DNA of 64,000 nucleotides from Tubulanus polymorphus (lineage: Eukaryota > Animalia > Nemertea). The notes under the pieces are model-generated. The model did no database searches. It was not told the DNA's origin and was given only the letters and a program-made list of their open reading frames with translations. Below are positions 10,021-21,183 of the stretch, piece after piece. The stretch lies in assembly GCF_964204645.1 (NCBI RefSeq), contig NC_134032.1:3682175-3746174 (forward strand), written 5' to 3'. The translations under genes and the position numbers were made by a program. Positions within the stretch are counted from its first letter, which is position 1; the number at the start of each line of letters is the position of its first letter.

Positions 10021-10362
10021 TTATTCGAAATCTATTTCATGGTGTCCTTTTTCATTCTTACCTTTATATACGAAATAGAAATCACCAAAACATAATTCTT
10101 CTAGATCTTCACTTGATAATCTATGAAATCTATCTGGTAAATAAGTTCTGAATTTATATTTATTTCCTTTTAATCCTTCATATTCTAAATGAATTACTAA
10201 TTTATCTCCATATTTGTTAGTAATTGTAACAATATTTGTAATTAAATATTTCTTGTGAATTGTTAATTCTGTTAACTTTTTGAATTTATAATCTACAGAT
10301 TTTACATTTGTGGTATCTTTAATTCTATCTAAGAATTCACTGTGTACTTGTTTACTCTCCAT
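10021..10362 (-). CDS. Putative OB-fold single-stranded DNA-binding protein
   Basis: KKLTEL..KY.I...TNKYG.KLVIHL...TYLPDRF pattern; adjacent to pPolB. Confidence 0.55.
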   Translation of the reverse strand: MESKQVHSEFLDRIKDTTNVKSVDYKFKKLTELTIHKKYLITNIVTITNKYGDKLVIHLEYEGLKGNKYKFRTYLPDRFHRLSSEDLEELCFGDFYFVYKGKNEKGHHEIDFE

Positions 10363-10390
10363 TTATTATACAAATTTTTATTGAAATTTA

Positions 10391-13300
10391 TTAACACGCT
10401 AGAATCTTTTTCATAATTTCATTTTCTTTTGTTTCTTCTCTTTTGAATTTTATATATTCATCTAAATTGCAGCCATAGGCGACTGTGTGTATACCATCAT
10501 CTAAAATATATCTTTTATCATCAAATGGGTTTAGACTTATCTTCTCTATCTCTTCAATATACATTTCATGATCTTCAGATCTTAAACATTTCATCTTATG
10601 TTTTCTAACTTCTTCATTAAATATACAATTGATGTAATCTTTAAAATGAATATTCTTTTCTACTACATTTTTGGTTATTCCTTTTAACTTTTTAGCTTCA
10701 TGTTCTTTAGTTTTATATGAATACATTTTAGATCTAATACCAATGAACTCTATCATTTCTTCACCACCTAATTCATCCTTAAACTTCCCAGGAACTTTTT
10801 TATTATCATTGCTAAACAATTCATGATCTTTAGGATAGTTACTGAAATCAAAATGGTGTTTTAATATTTTTAAGTCTTTTGTTATGTTATCAGTTTTTAT
10901 CTTTAATATGTAAGAATCTGTATCAAAATATAATATTTCTATATGTTTTTCTCTAAAATGAGGTTGTAATACATTATAATAGAATTCATACATTAGTAAT
11001 TTTGATAATTCTAAAACTGAAGCGCCAACATAGATTGGTTTATTAAATTTCATTGATGTTCTTCTCATCTTAACTGCAGCTAAATTTTCATCAAATATTC
11101 TGTTACCAATGAACTTAGGATATGTTTGTAAATGTTTTATCCTTTTACCATTACTGACTAACTCAATATCATTTCTATTTCTAATATTTTCACAAGTCTT
11201 ACCATAGAATGCATTATTCATTAACTTGAAGAAATCTTTCTCAAAATCAGTTTTAGCTTCAGTTCTCTGTTTGGTGTTAAAATCTATATATTTTTCTAAC
11301 CAATTCGATTGACTAAATGAAATATATCTATGTACTTTTTTTAATACCATTCCTTGATTCAAATAAAACTTCAACATTCTATAATGTACTACATAATTAT
11401 ATTTATCTTCTTGAGTTACCATTAACTTTTCAGTATGAATATGATTTTCAGGTTTAATTCTTTTTTGATAATTTGATAATTCTTCATGTTTAACAATTTT
11501 ATGTTCGGGACAATATGCTAGATTTCTAGATTTGAATTTAATATTTTCAGGATATTCCAAGTCTACAACAAAGAAGTAACCAATATCTGAATCATCTGCA
11601 ATATCTAGGATTCTTTTCTTCCAATCAAATTTATCAATTTGTAAAACTTCAGTTATTTCAAACATCCCATAAGGTTGTGGTTCCATCATTGCCCAACCAT
11701 AAAGATTATTTGCATCTATGTATAATAATTTATATCCAGGATTATCATTTACATTGAAATATCTATCACCCAATACACCTGAAACACCTCCTCTTATAGA
11801 TTTTTCAAATAATAGTAATTGATCTATATTTGTTAACAAATCCATTTTTATATTTGTAAATTTTAAACCACAATCCCATGTTAATCCTGGTGATGAATAA
11901 CAATGACAAGGATCAATGTTAAAATATTTTAGGTTTACATCTCTAAACCTTTCGAATATATCGGTTAATAATAATACATCTGATTTTAAATATAAATCTA
12001 CTAATTGTCCATGATTTTTAATTTCAAAATGATTCCAAATATTCAATGTTCTATTATAGACTTCATCTTTAACATATTCATTTTTTAATTCATCATAGAA
12101 TTGTTCTTTCAATAATTCAGTTATTTTAAAATCATTATGATTTTTATAGAAAGAATATGGAATTGCTCCTTTATATCTCATTAATTTAAAATCATCATAA
12201 TTAGGGTAATATTCTTTTAATATCTTTAATTCGCCATCAACTAATGATTTTGATAAGTTATCTAATGAACTATTTAAAAATCTATATGAATCTATAAATC
12301 TTAAACAACCAAATTGGAATGAAATATAATTTTCAGATGTTTTAGCTAGTATTTTTAATTTATAAGTTGGTATTTTATCTTTTGATCTATTTGAATTCAA
12401 TCTTTCTATTTCATTATTAATTTCTTCTATTTTATAGCATAACTGTTTGATAAATAAATGTGCGTCATACCCCGATAAATTGTGAAATATAATGGGGACA
12501 AAATTGATTTTCTTTGCTTGCAAATTACAATTCTCATGTGCAGCGCCTCTAAATTTACCATTCAAATGATCATGGTCTCTTACTTTTTTATCTTTATAAT
12601 TAAATATCTTTTCACAATAATAACATTTATCTGCAAACTCAAATGCTTCTTTATCTTCTTCTGTCATAATTATTTCTATATTCTTATTTAACTTTTCATT
12701 AAATCTTATTTCATATTCAATTAATAAGTCACAAAAATGATTGATAACATTTTCATTTCTATAATGATAATATTCACTTTTAATAAGTTCTGGATAATCG
12801 GATTTTATATATAACCCGAAAGCAGCAGCTGATTGATGAATCTTTTTAATAGTATTTGTTTTTGGTGGTTCATCTGAAAAATCATTTTCATTAGAATTTA
12901 ATTTCTTTCTTTTATAATATATATCTTTTCTATCTTTATCTGTTAATTCTTTATTTAATGATTCAAAATCTCCATATATTACAAATGGTACTTTATTTTT
13001 GTAATCATATTTTTTGAATTCTAATATTTTATCTTTTTCATTTGGTAAAACTAATTTACAATAATCATGATTATCACATAGTTGTTTATGATTTAATAAT
13101 GCGCCTTCAGTTCTGAATTTATGTAAACATTTTCTACATAGATATATTTTATTATCAAAATCATTTTCTGATTTAAAGAATAAATCGATTTGTTTAATCC
13201 ACATGTAATGATTCTCATAATATAGTATATCTATAACATCATTTGAATCATAATCTTTTGATAGGTATAAAGGTTCTAATGTATAATGTTTAATATTATT

Positions 13301-14425
13301 TCCTTTTGTATTTGGTAATTTAATTAAATCAAATACATTTATCTTTAAATTACCATCTCTTTCTATTTTTGGAATATTTTTAATTCTAACAGGATACTTA
13401 TCTATCTTATAATTATTTTCAAATTGTTTATAATGAGTTAATCTATAAGTATGTTTATTATAATCTTCAACTGGATGTAAACAACTTATTATAGCCCATA
13501 GAAAACATTTATCATCTTCATTTTGTACATTTATTACACCATTAGTTTTAAATGGTAGTTTAATATAACTTGTTCCATTTATACTATCATCTTTATAATA
13601 TGATAAATTATTTTCATCTATTGGTTTTGATTTAGTTAACTTATTATATTTTGTGTTATAAACATGTAAAGTTATAAATATTATCTCATCAAATATTAAA
13701 CCAGATCCTTCAAAATATTTCTCTTCTATTTTAGTTTTTATTTCATTATAACATTTATTTAATTTATCATCTATATGTTGTTTAGATATAATATGTTGTG
13801 AATGAGAATTTATATTATATATTGGTTTATCTTCAGATTTTATAAACTTTACTTTAACTGATATACTAATTTTAGGATATTCAACATCTGTAATTATTTT
13901 TATTATTTCTTTCATATTTTCTAAATGTTTTTTATTTTCTTCTAACGTTTTTCCTTTATGAAATTTAAACTCGATAGCTGCTGGGCCAATATCACTTTTA
14001 AATGCTTCGGTTATCTCTATATCTTTTTTATTATCTAATGAATTAATATAATTTCTTACATCTTCCATATATGGTCTTTTATTGTTTAATTTATTTTTTA
14101 TTCTTTTAATTGTCTTCTGTTTCTTATCGTTATCATTATCAAAATAATCTTCACCTAAAATATCATTATTCTTATTTCTAATATGACTTATAGATTTTAA
14201 ATGTTCTTTATAATATCTTTTATCACTGAATGATTGATTACATGTATCACATTTATATGTTTCTTTTTCATTCTTTAATTCTTCTAATTTAGTTTCTAAT
14301 ATATCATCCTTATATTCTAGTTTCAATTTATTCTCTAAATGTGTTATAGTTTTATTGTGTCTTGCTTTTTGAGACTTATCTATATCGATATTACATGTTG
14401 GGCAGTAGTATTTATTTGCTTCCAT
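10391..14425 (-). CDS. Protein-primed family B DNA polymerase (pPolB) with N-terminal zinc fingers, terminal-protein region, vOTU-like domain and EndoVII-like insertion
   Basis: ExoI YGDFES, ExoII FHNLSGYD, ExoIII YLKSDV; Pol motifs YIDANNLYG, KLMNNAFYGK, YFDTDS; DDKCFLWA..HYMWIK (vOTU-like); CYYC..RDHDHLNGKFRGAAHENCN (EndoVII-like). Confidence 0.97.
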   Translation of the reverse strand: MEANKYYCPTCNIDIDKSQKARHNKTITHLENKLKLEYKDDILETKLEELKNEKETYKCDTCNQSFSDKRYYKEHLKSISHIRNKNNDILGEDYFDNDNDKKQKTIKRIKNKLNNKRPYMEDVRNYINSLDNKKDIEITEAFKSDIGPAAIEFKFHKGKTLEENKKHLENMKEIIKIITDVEYPKISISVKVKFIKSEDKPIYNINSHSQHIISKQHIDDKLNKCYNEIKTKIEEKYFEGSGLIFDEIIFITLHVYNTKYNKLTKSKPIDENNLSYYKDDSINGTSYIKLPFKTNGVINVQNEDDKCFLWAIISCLHPVEDYNKHTYRLTHYKQFENNYKIDKYPVRIKNIPKIERDGNLKINVFDLIKLPNTKGNNIKHYTLEPLYLSKDYDSNDVIDILYYENHYMWIKQIDLFFKSENDFDNKIYLCRKCLHKFRTEGALLNHKQLCDNHDYCKLVLPNEKDKILEFKKYDYKNKVPFVIYGDFESLNKELTDKDRKDIYYKRKKLNSNENDFSDEPPKTNTIKKIHQSAAAFGLYIKSDYPELIKSEYYHYRNENVINHFCDLLIEYEIRFNEKLNKNIEIIMTEEDKEAFEFADKCYYCEKIFNYKDKKVRDHDHLNGKFRGAAHENCNLQAKKINFVPIIFHNLSGYDAHLFIKQLCYKIEEINNEIERLNSNRSKDKIPTYKLKILAKTSENYISFQFGCLRFIDSYRFLNSSLDNLSKSLVDGELKILKEYYPNYDDFKLMRYKGAIPYSFYKNHNDFKITELLKEQFYDELKNEYVKDEVYNRTLNIWNHFEIKNHGQLVDLYLKSDVLLLTDIFERFRDVNLKYFNIDPCHCYSSPGLTWDCGLKFTNIKMDLLTNIDQLLLFEKSIRGGVSGVLGDRYFNVNDNPGYKLLYIDANNLYGWAMMEPQPYGMFEITEVLQIDKFDWKKRILDIADDSDIGYFFVVDLEYPENIKFKSRNLAYCPEHKIVKHEELSNYQKRIKPENHIHTEKLMVTQEDKYNYVVHYRMLKFYLNQGMVLKKVHRYISFSQSNWLEKYIDFNTKQRTEAKTDFEKDFFKLMNNAFYGKTCENIRNRNDIELVSNGKRIKHLQTYPKFIGNRIFDENLAAVKMRRTSMKFNKPIYVGASVLELSKLLMYEFYYNVLQPHFREKHIEILYFDTDSYILKIKTDNITKDLKILKHHFDFSNYPKDHELFSNDNKKVPGKFKDELGGEEMIEFIGIRSKMYSYKTKEHEAKKLKGITKNVVEKNIHFKDYINCIFNEEVRKHKMKCLRSEDHEMYIEEIEKISLNPFDDKRYILDDGIHTVAYGCNLDEYIKFKREETKENEIMKKILAC

Positions 14426-14705
14426 TTTAATACTATATTTTTTATTAAAATTGATTTTAGAAGTTCAATGATTTATATTTTATTCATATATGTGAATATT
14501 TTAAGAGTAATAGGGGTTTAGTTGTTTCAGGCTAAAGGTTGAACGGGCGGGTGAGTAAAAATGAAAAAACATAAAAATAATAACAATTTCTACTTGAATT
14601 AGGAGCGAAACTCATAAAAATGAAAAATAAATTCGAGCGTGTGAGAATTTATTTTTCATTTTTATGAGTTTTCCTATGAGTTTATTTATGAGTTTTCCTA
14701 TTACT
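14312..14705. repeat. Right terminal inverted repeat of Polinton A; includes the first 38 codons of pPolB and a shortened terminal hairpin (27-bp perfect arms 14608-14634 / 14645-14671)
   Basis: Reverse complement matches 58191-58653 of copy B. Confidence 0.88.
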
Positions 14706-15388
14706 CTGGTGAATTCAATTCAATTTTTCGCACGCGACCCAGAGGTTGTGTACATTTTGTAATCTGCAGCAGATTGAACATGCGCCTGCCCAGTGTTTCA
14801 TATTCTAAGAACAATTAGGCTTCTGCACATCGACTCAGATAACCCCGTTGGATTTATTCTCTACTGACAACCCCGCGTCTCTTAGCCAGCTAGCAAACTT
14901 CATCATCCAAGCAAACCACCTCAAGGAATTCGAACGCAATCACCAGTACATTTGAATACAAAAACTCTGTTGTGCTTCGTAGGCCAAATCTTGGCCGGTC
15001 GTCGTTTAAGTCGTTTTCTTCTATGTATGTGGGTTACGTATGACATGTAAATAAAATCGATAAATTATCAACCTATATAGTTTCGTTTTGCGTTTTTCTA
15101 CGATCGAGTTCGAGTTCATATGAAAATAATGATTGTGGCCAAATCTGTAAGTTGAGCTTGTGTGCTGCGTTCGAAAAAAGGACCATACGAGACCTTTAAC
15201 AAACGCTCGACTTGGAAACTGTTATCTTTTCATTATCTAAGCAATTTAGGTATACGTACGTCTGATTTGGCAAGTACGAAAAAAATCCGATTTGGAGAGA
15301 ATATTAGAAATTGGTAATTCAGGGTTTCAGACCAGAGTACGAGAGTACGACACACACTCATCACCACAAGTTATTTTTTCCCTAATAA

Positions 15389-17900
15389 ATGGGAGACAGT
15401 GAGTACCAGACAGAAAACAATAATGTTAATAAAAATCAATATTATTGCCCATATTGTAAAAAGTACATCGATAAAATGATAAATCTCATGAACATGAAAA
15501 AACTGCAAATCATATAAAAAATGTAATAGATTTTGAAACTCCAGAAAATTCCAATGAAAGAAAAGAACGATTAGAAAATATGAATGTGGATGAAATAAAA
15601 TGTGAAGTTTGTAATGAATTTATAGCAAAAAGGAATTATAAAATACATCTCGAATCGCAAAAACACAAACAAAATTTAAGTAATAATGTTTTAGGAACAG
15701 ATTATTTTGATGATAAACCTCAACAAGTAAAAAAACCAGTTTCAAACACTAAATTTATTTCAAATAAACCTTACATGGAAAATGTTAGAAATTATATCGA
15801 TTCACTAGAAATAAATGATACAATTGAAATTTTAGAAACATTACGCGATAAAATTGGACCTGCAGCTATTGTATTTTGATTTTTTAAAGGTACAACAATA
15901 TAAGATTATAGTAAATTTATTGAAATCATGGAAAAAATAATGGGCTTTATTACAGATGTTGAATATCCAAAAATTTGTATTTCTGGGAAAGTGAGTTTTA
16001 TGAAATCAGAAGAAAAAATGGATTATAATATTCAAACACACTCTGAAGAAATAATTTCAAAAACACAAATAAAAGAGAAATTAGAAAAATATTTAATGAA
16101 TTTAAACGTCATATTGAGGAAAGATATTTTGAGGGTTCTGGTTTAACATTGAATGAAATTATATTTTTAGATTTGAATATCTATAATACAAAAACGAATA
16201 AAGCATCAAAAAGTAAAACAATGTTTAAAAATGATTCAAACTTTAAAACAGAAAGGGATATTAAAGCAACAATTTATATCAAATTACCATCTACAACAAA
16301 AGCAGTAATAAATGTTCAAAATGAAGATAATAAATGTTTTCTACGGTCAACTATTAGTTGCTTACATCCAACAGAAGATATTACTCATAGATTTAGAATA
16401 ACAAATTACCGGAAATATACCGGAACATTATATAAAGTTGATCAATATCCTGTAACTATAAAAATGGTTCCTGAAATAGAAAAAGTTAATAATTTAAAAA
16501 TAAATGTATTCGAATTAATGCAATTACCAGAGACAAAAGGTGAAAATATTAAAGATTATACATTAGAAGCTTTATATTTAACAGAATATTATGATGATGA
16601 AAATGTTATAGATTTGTTATATTAAAAAAAAAGATGAAAATGGACATTATATGTGGTTAAAACAAATTGATTTATTCTTTAGAACAGAAAGTGATCATCA
16701 TAATAAAATTTATCTATGTAGAAAATGTTTATCTAAATTTATGACTGAGAATGCGTTACTAAAACACAAAGAATTATGTGATAATAAAAATTTTTGTAAA
16801 TTAATAATGCCAACAAAAAAAGTTGTAAGTTGGAAATTTACTAATCATAATTTTAAAAATATTGTTCCATTTGTAATTTATGGGGATTTTGAATCGTTGA
16901 ATAAAGAATTAACTGATCAAGATAGAAAAGAAATATATAATAAAAAGCAATTTTTAAAATCAATGGATAAAGGAAATGAACTAAATGAAGATATAATTCG
17001 AGACCCAACAATTATAAATACAATTAAAAAAGTTCATCAAAGAGCTGCTGCTTATGGAATTAATATAAAATCAAATTATCCTGAATTATATGAAAGTCAA
17101 TATATTTCTTTTAGAGGTGAAGATGTAGTTAATGAATTTTTTAATAAAATTATAGAATTAGAAAATGATTTTGCAAAATTATTAAACAAAAATAAAAGAA
17201 TAGTTATGACAAAAGAAGATGAAATTGATTTTAATTATGCAACTCATTGTTGTTACTGTGAAAAACGTTTTTATTCATTTGATAAAAAAGTTAGAGATCA
17301 TGATCATTTAAATTCAGAATATCGTGGAGCTGCTCATGAAGATTGCAATTTACAAGCTAAAAAAGTTAATTTCGTACCAATATTATTTCATAATTTATCA
17401 GGCTATGGTACCCATCTATTTATAAAACAATTATCAGGAAGTTTGGGCGCAATTAATGAAGAAATAGAAGAATATAATGCTATGAATGAAGCAAAAGTAA
17501 GAAAATATGATTTTAAACTATTAGCTAAGACATCTGAAAATTATATTTCATTTCAATTTGGTTGCATTAGATTTTTAGATTCTTATAGATTTCTAGCAAG
17601 TTCGTTAGCTAATTTCGCAAAAAGTTTAGTTGATAATAATTTTGTAATAACTCGACATTATTATCCAAATGAACAAGATTTTAAATTATTGAGATATAAA
17701 GGTGCAATTCCTTATTCATTTTATAGAACATATGATGATTTTTATGTAACAGAATTATTAAAAGAACAATTTTATGATCAATTAAAAGAGGAGTATGTGA
17801 AAGATGAAGTTTTTAATAGAACATTTAATATTTGGAATCATTTTAAGATAAAAAATCATGGTGAATTAGTAGATTTATATTTAAAATCAGATGTTATGAC
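15389..17900 (+). pseudogene. Frameshifted 5' portion of a divergent pPolB (zinc fingers to ExoIII)
   Basis: ORFs 15580, 15928, 16149 and 16651 are collinear with 10391..14425 (IGPAAI, VINVQNEDNKCF, VIYGDFESL, RDHDHL, YLKSDV); stops and frameshifts between them. Confidence 0.92.
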
Positions 17901-18210
17901 CTGTTCCTAAAACATTATTACTTAGATTTTGTTTGTGTTTTTGCGATTCGAGATGTCTTTTATAATTCCTTTTTGCTATAAATTCATTACAAACTTCACA
18001 TTTTATTTCATCCACATTCATATTTCCTAATCGTTCTTTTCTTTCATTGGAATTTTCTGGGGTTTCAAAATCTATTAAATTTTTTATATGATTTGCAGTT
18101 TTTTCATGTTGAGATTTATCAGATTTATCGATGTATTTTTTACAATATGGGCAATAATATTGATTTTTATAAACATAATTTTTTTCTGTCTGGTACTCAC
18201 TGTCTCCCAT
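17887..18210 (-). CDS. pPolB N-terminal two-zinc-finger fragment encoded within the right TIR of the mini-Polinton
   Basis: MGDSEYQ..YYCPYCKK..H..H..KCEVC..H..H; inverted copy of 15389-15700. Confidence 0.6.
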   Translation of the reverse strand: MGDSEYQTEKNYVYKNQYYCPYCKKYIDKSDKSQHEKTANHIKNLIDFETPENSNERKERLGNMNVDEIKCEVCNEFIAKRNYKRHLESQKHKQNLSNNVLGTGHNI

Positions 18211-19679
18211 TTATTAGGGAAGAAAATAACTTGTGGTGATGAGTGTGTCGTACTCTCGTACTCTGGTCTGAAACCCTGATTTACCAATTACTAATATTCA
18301 TTCAGAAAATGAATGGGATATTTCTTCCGCATCAATGTTACGGCAAAATTTGCTTTTCATTTTCATACTTCGCAGAACGGAACGCATCAAAAATCGGAAA
18401 ATGCTTTGTTTTAAAACGATTTTCTAGTTTTCTGAAAAATCTCGAGATCATAATTGAAAGAAAAAACTTCTTAAAGGCAAGTAATCCCTCAATTGAAGGC
18501 CAGCGCATATTGAATTAAATTGTCACAGTTGAAAAATACAAATGCACCTTGTCTTAGTAAAAAGTTCGAGTTTGCCGTGACCATCTAACTCGGGCCAAAA
18601 CACGAAATTACTTTTCTACGGAAGCGTCCTAGGGACATCATTTAGGAATAACAAAATTGTATTTTTGGTTGAGCAACATAAAATCATTTACGATTAATAA
18701 ATAGTTTTGCCGATTTATCTCGAGTTAATATTTTCGTCTTTAATTCAAAATTCGATTTCCCGTCGATATCCACCACCGTCTCGGGCGGATCATTTATGAA
18801 AAATGAAAATTAGACTTTATGTCGAGTTATTATCTTTTATGAATTAATGCATAAACACCATCTGAAAATAGAAATTGCTACATTTCTAACGATTCATAAG
18901 TTTATATTTTGTGCCAAAAGAGTGATAAACGACAATTAATCGCGCTAAAGGTTTTAGTTAAGAAAATCTTAAAATCTGTCCAACAAAACAGGACATGTGG
19001 AACTGTTTCAAAATGGCACCTGGTGTCTGGAAACCTTCCTATTAGGTGAGTTCTACCATAGTATTCTAATTCGTTTGTTGCCTATATGAGTTTTCGCCAT
19101 TAAAAAAAACTACAATCTAAGAAAAAGTAATTTCTATGAATATATCGAGTTTGCCGAATTTCCAAGTGCCTTTTCTGAAGATTCACCCGTTCATACTGCA
19201 GTTCCATTCTAGGCATCCTAGCACTCCAGTTCTAGGGGCGGATCCAGGATAATTGGAAGTCCGCGGTCAAGAAGAAAATAAAAGGCATTTCTAGGATAAA
19301 GCAGCAATATCAAAAGCCACTAGCGGGGACCAACTCTTAGTCTTGATATGTTCTCGAAGAAAAAAATCATTAAAGCTGCTAATTCCGTGAGGATGGGCGC
19401 GAATTTCGCAGCTTTTAAATGTATTCTGCTCCCATATATTCCAAATTTGTAATACGAACCTTGGTGTGTTCCGAGAGATTCTTTGAAAGATCCTCATCGT
19501 TTGATCCAAATGAGCTCAACTAGACACCCGCGTTGACTTGTTTTTCAATTGAGGGCAAGTTCAAAACTAGATTCAAGTGAAAAGTAAAAATAAGAGATAC
19601 TAGTGGTGCCATCTGGAGGTTTGTATGTCCGGTGTATGAATCATTCGATTCCATGGTAATTCATCCCATGGTAAATCCC

Positions 19680-19930
19680 CTAATCTGCCTTATTAAACTG
19701 TTTTGAGGCGTACTCGATTGGGTGTTCCTTCCCATCCTCACTGACTTGACTCAATACCATACCACATGCGAAATTACTTGCATCAGTTTGTAGAATAAAT
19801 GGTTTGTCAAAGTCTGGGAACTTGAGAATGGGCAGAGTTTGAAGAGCAGCCATTGAAAAATTTTAAGCTTTTCAAAAGCCGTTTGACACTCTTTTGACCA
19901 CACAAATTTAATATCTTTCTGCAAAAGTGC
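19680..19930 (-). mobile_element. Gypsy/Ty3 pol fragment (RT connection to RNase H)
   Basis: [22 protein letters not shown], then in shifted frames [26 protein letters not shown] and [11 protein letters not shown]. Confidence 0.8.
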
Positions 19931-21183
19931 TAAGATTTCAATATGCTTTTCTCCAAAATGAGGTTGTAATACGTTATAATAGAATTCATACATTAATAGT
20001 TTTGATATTTCTAAAACTGAAGCACCAACATAGATTGGTTTATTAAATTTTATAGAAGTTCTTCTCATTTTAACTGCAGCTAAATTTTCATAAAAATATT
20101 CTTTTCCCAATACATTTAGGATATGTTTGTAAATGTCTAATTCTTTTACCATTACTAACTAACTCAATATCATTCTATTTCTTATTTTTTCACAAGTCTT
20201 ACCATAGAATGCATTATTCATTAACTTGAAGAAATCTTTCTCGAAATCAGTTTTAGCTTTAGTTCTCTGTTTGGTGTTAAAATCTATATATTTTTCTAAC
20301 CATTTAGATTGACTGAATGAAATATATATATGTACTTTTTTTAGAATCATTCCTTGTTTTAGATAAAACTTCAACATTCTATAATGTACTACATAATTAT
20401 ATTTATCTTCCTGAGTTACCATTAACTTTTCTGTATGAATATGATTTTCAGGTTTAGTTCTTTTTTGATAATTCTTCATGTGTTACAGTTTTATGTTCGG
20501 GACAGTATGCTAGATTTCTAGATTTAAATTTAATGTTTTCAGGATATTCTAAATCTACAACAAAGAAGTAACCAGTGTCTGAATCATCTGCAATATCTAG
20601 AATTCTTTTCTTCCAATCAAATTTATCATTATTTTCATGTTGTAAATCTTCACTAATTTCAAATACTCCATATGGTTGTGGTTCAATCATTGCCCAACCA
20701 TATAGAGTATTTGCATCTATATATAATAACTTATAACCAGGGTTATCATTTACATTGAAAAACCTATCACCTAATCCACCTGAAACTCCTCCTCTTGTAG
20801 ATTTTTCAAATAATAATGATTGATCTATATTTGTTAACAAATCCATTTTTATATCTGTAAATTTTAAACCACAATCCCAAGTTAATCCTGGTGATGAATA
20901 ACAATGGCAAGGATCAATATTAGAATATTTTAGATTTACATCTCTAAACCTTTCAAATATATCCGATAATAATAATACATCTGATTTTAAATATAAATCT
21001 ACTAATTGTCCATGATTTTTCATTCCAAAATGATTCCAAATATTCAATGTTCTATTATAGACTTCATCTTTATGTTAACATATTCATTTTTTAATTCATC
21101 ACAGAATTGTTCTTTTAATGATTCAGTTATATTGAAATCATTATGCGATTTATAAAATGAATATGGAATTGCGCCTTTATATC
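19931..21183 (-). pseudogene. Isolated frameshifted pPolB fragment (ExoIII to near motif C), related to copy A
   Basis: Collinear with ~10940-12175: RYKGAIPYSF, YIDANTLYG, KLMNNAFYGK, KHIEIL. Confidence 0.92.

Larger units (their letters stand above)
17..14705. mobile_element. Polinton/Maverick endogenous DNA virus, copy A (left part missing or interrupted inside the integrase gene)
   Basis: Integrase, A32-like ATPase, DJR capsid, penton and pPolB in a compact AT-rich block. Right end CCTATTACT (5'-AGT on the minus strand) at 14697-14705. Homology to copy B begins at about nt 17. Confidence 0.95.
15306..18292. mobile_element. Internally deleted non-autonomous mini-Polinton of a second family (~3.0 kb) with ~395-bp TIRs and 6-bp TSD AATATT
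   Basis: 15306-15700 is the reverse complement of 17901-18292; termini AG(A/T)AATTGG...CCAATTACT; AATATT at 15300-15305 and 18293-18298. Confidence 0.88.

Noticed and set aside
10391-14425. Avoidance of poxvirus early terminator TTTTTNT in pPolB
   Set aside because: At least one TTTTTGT occurs on the coding strand (12731-12737), so it cannot be claimed without a count.
14635-14644. Flip/flop isomers of the hairpin loop between copies A and B
   Set aside because: GAGCGTGTGA versus TCACACGCTC is just the expected TIR inversion; read inner to outer the loops are the same.
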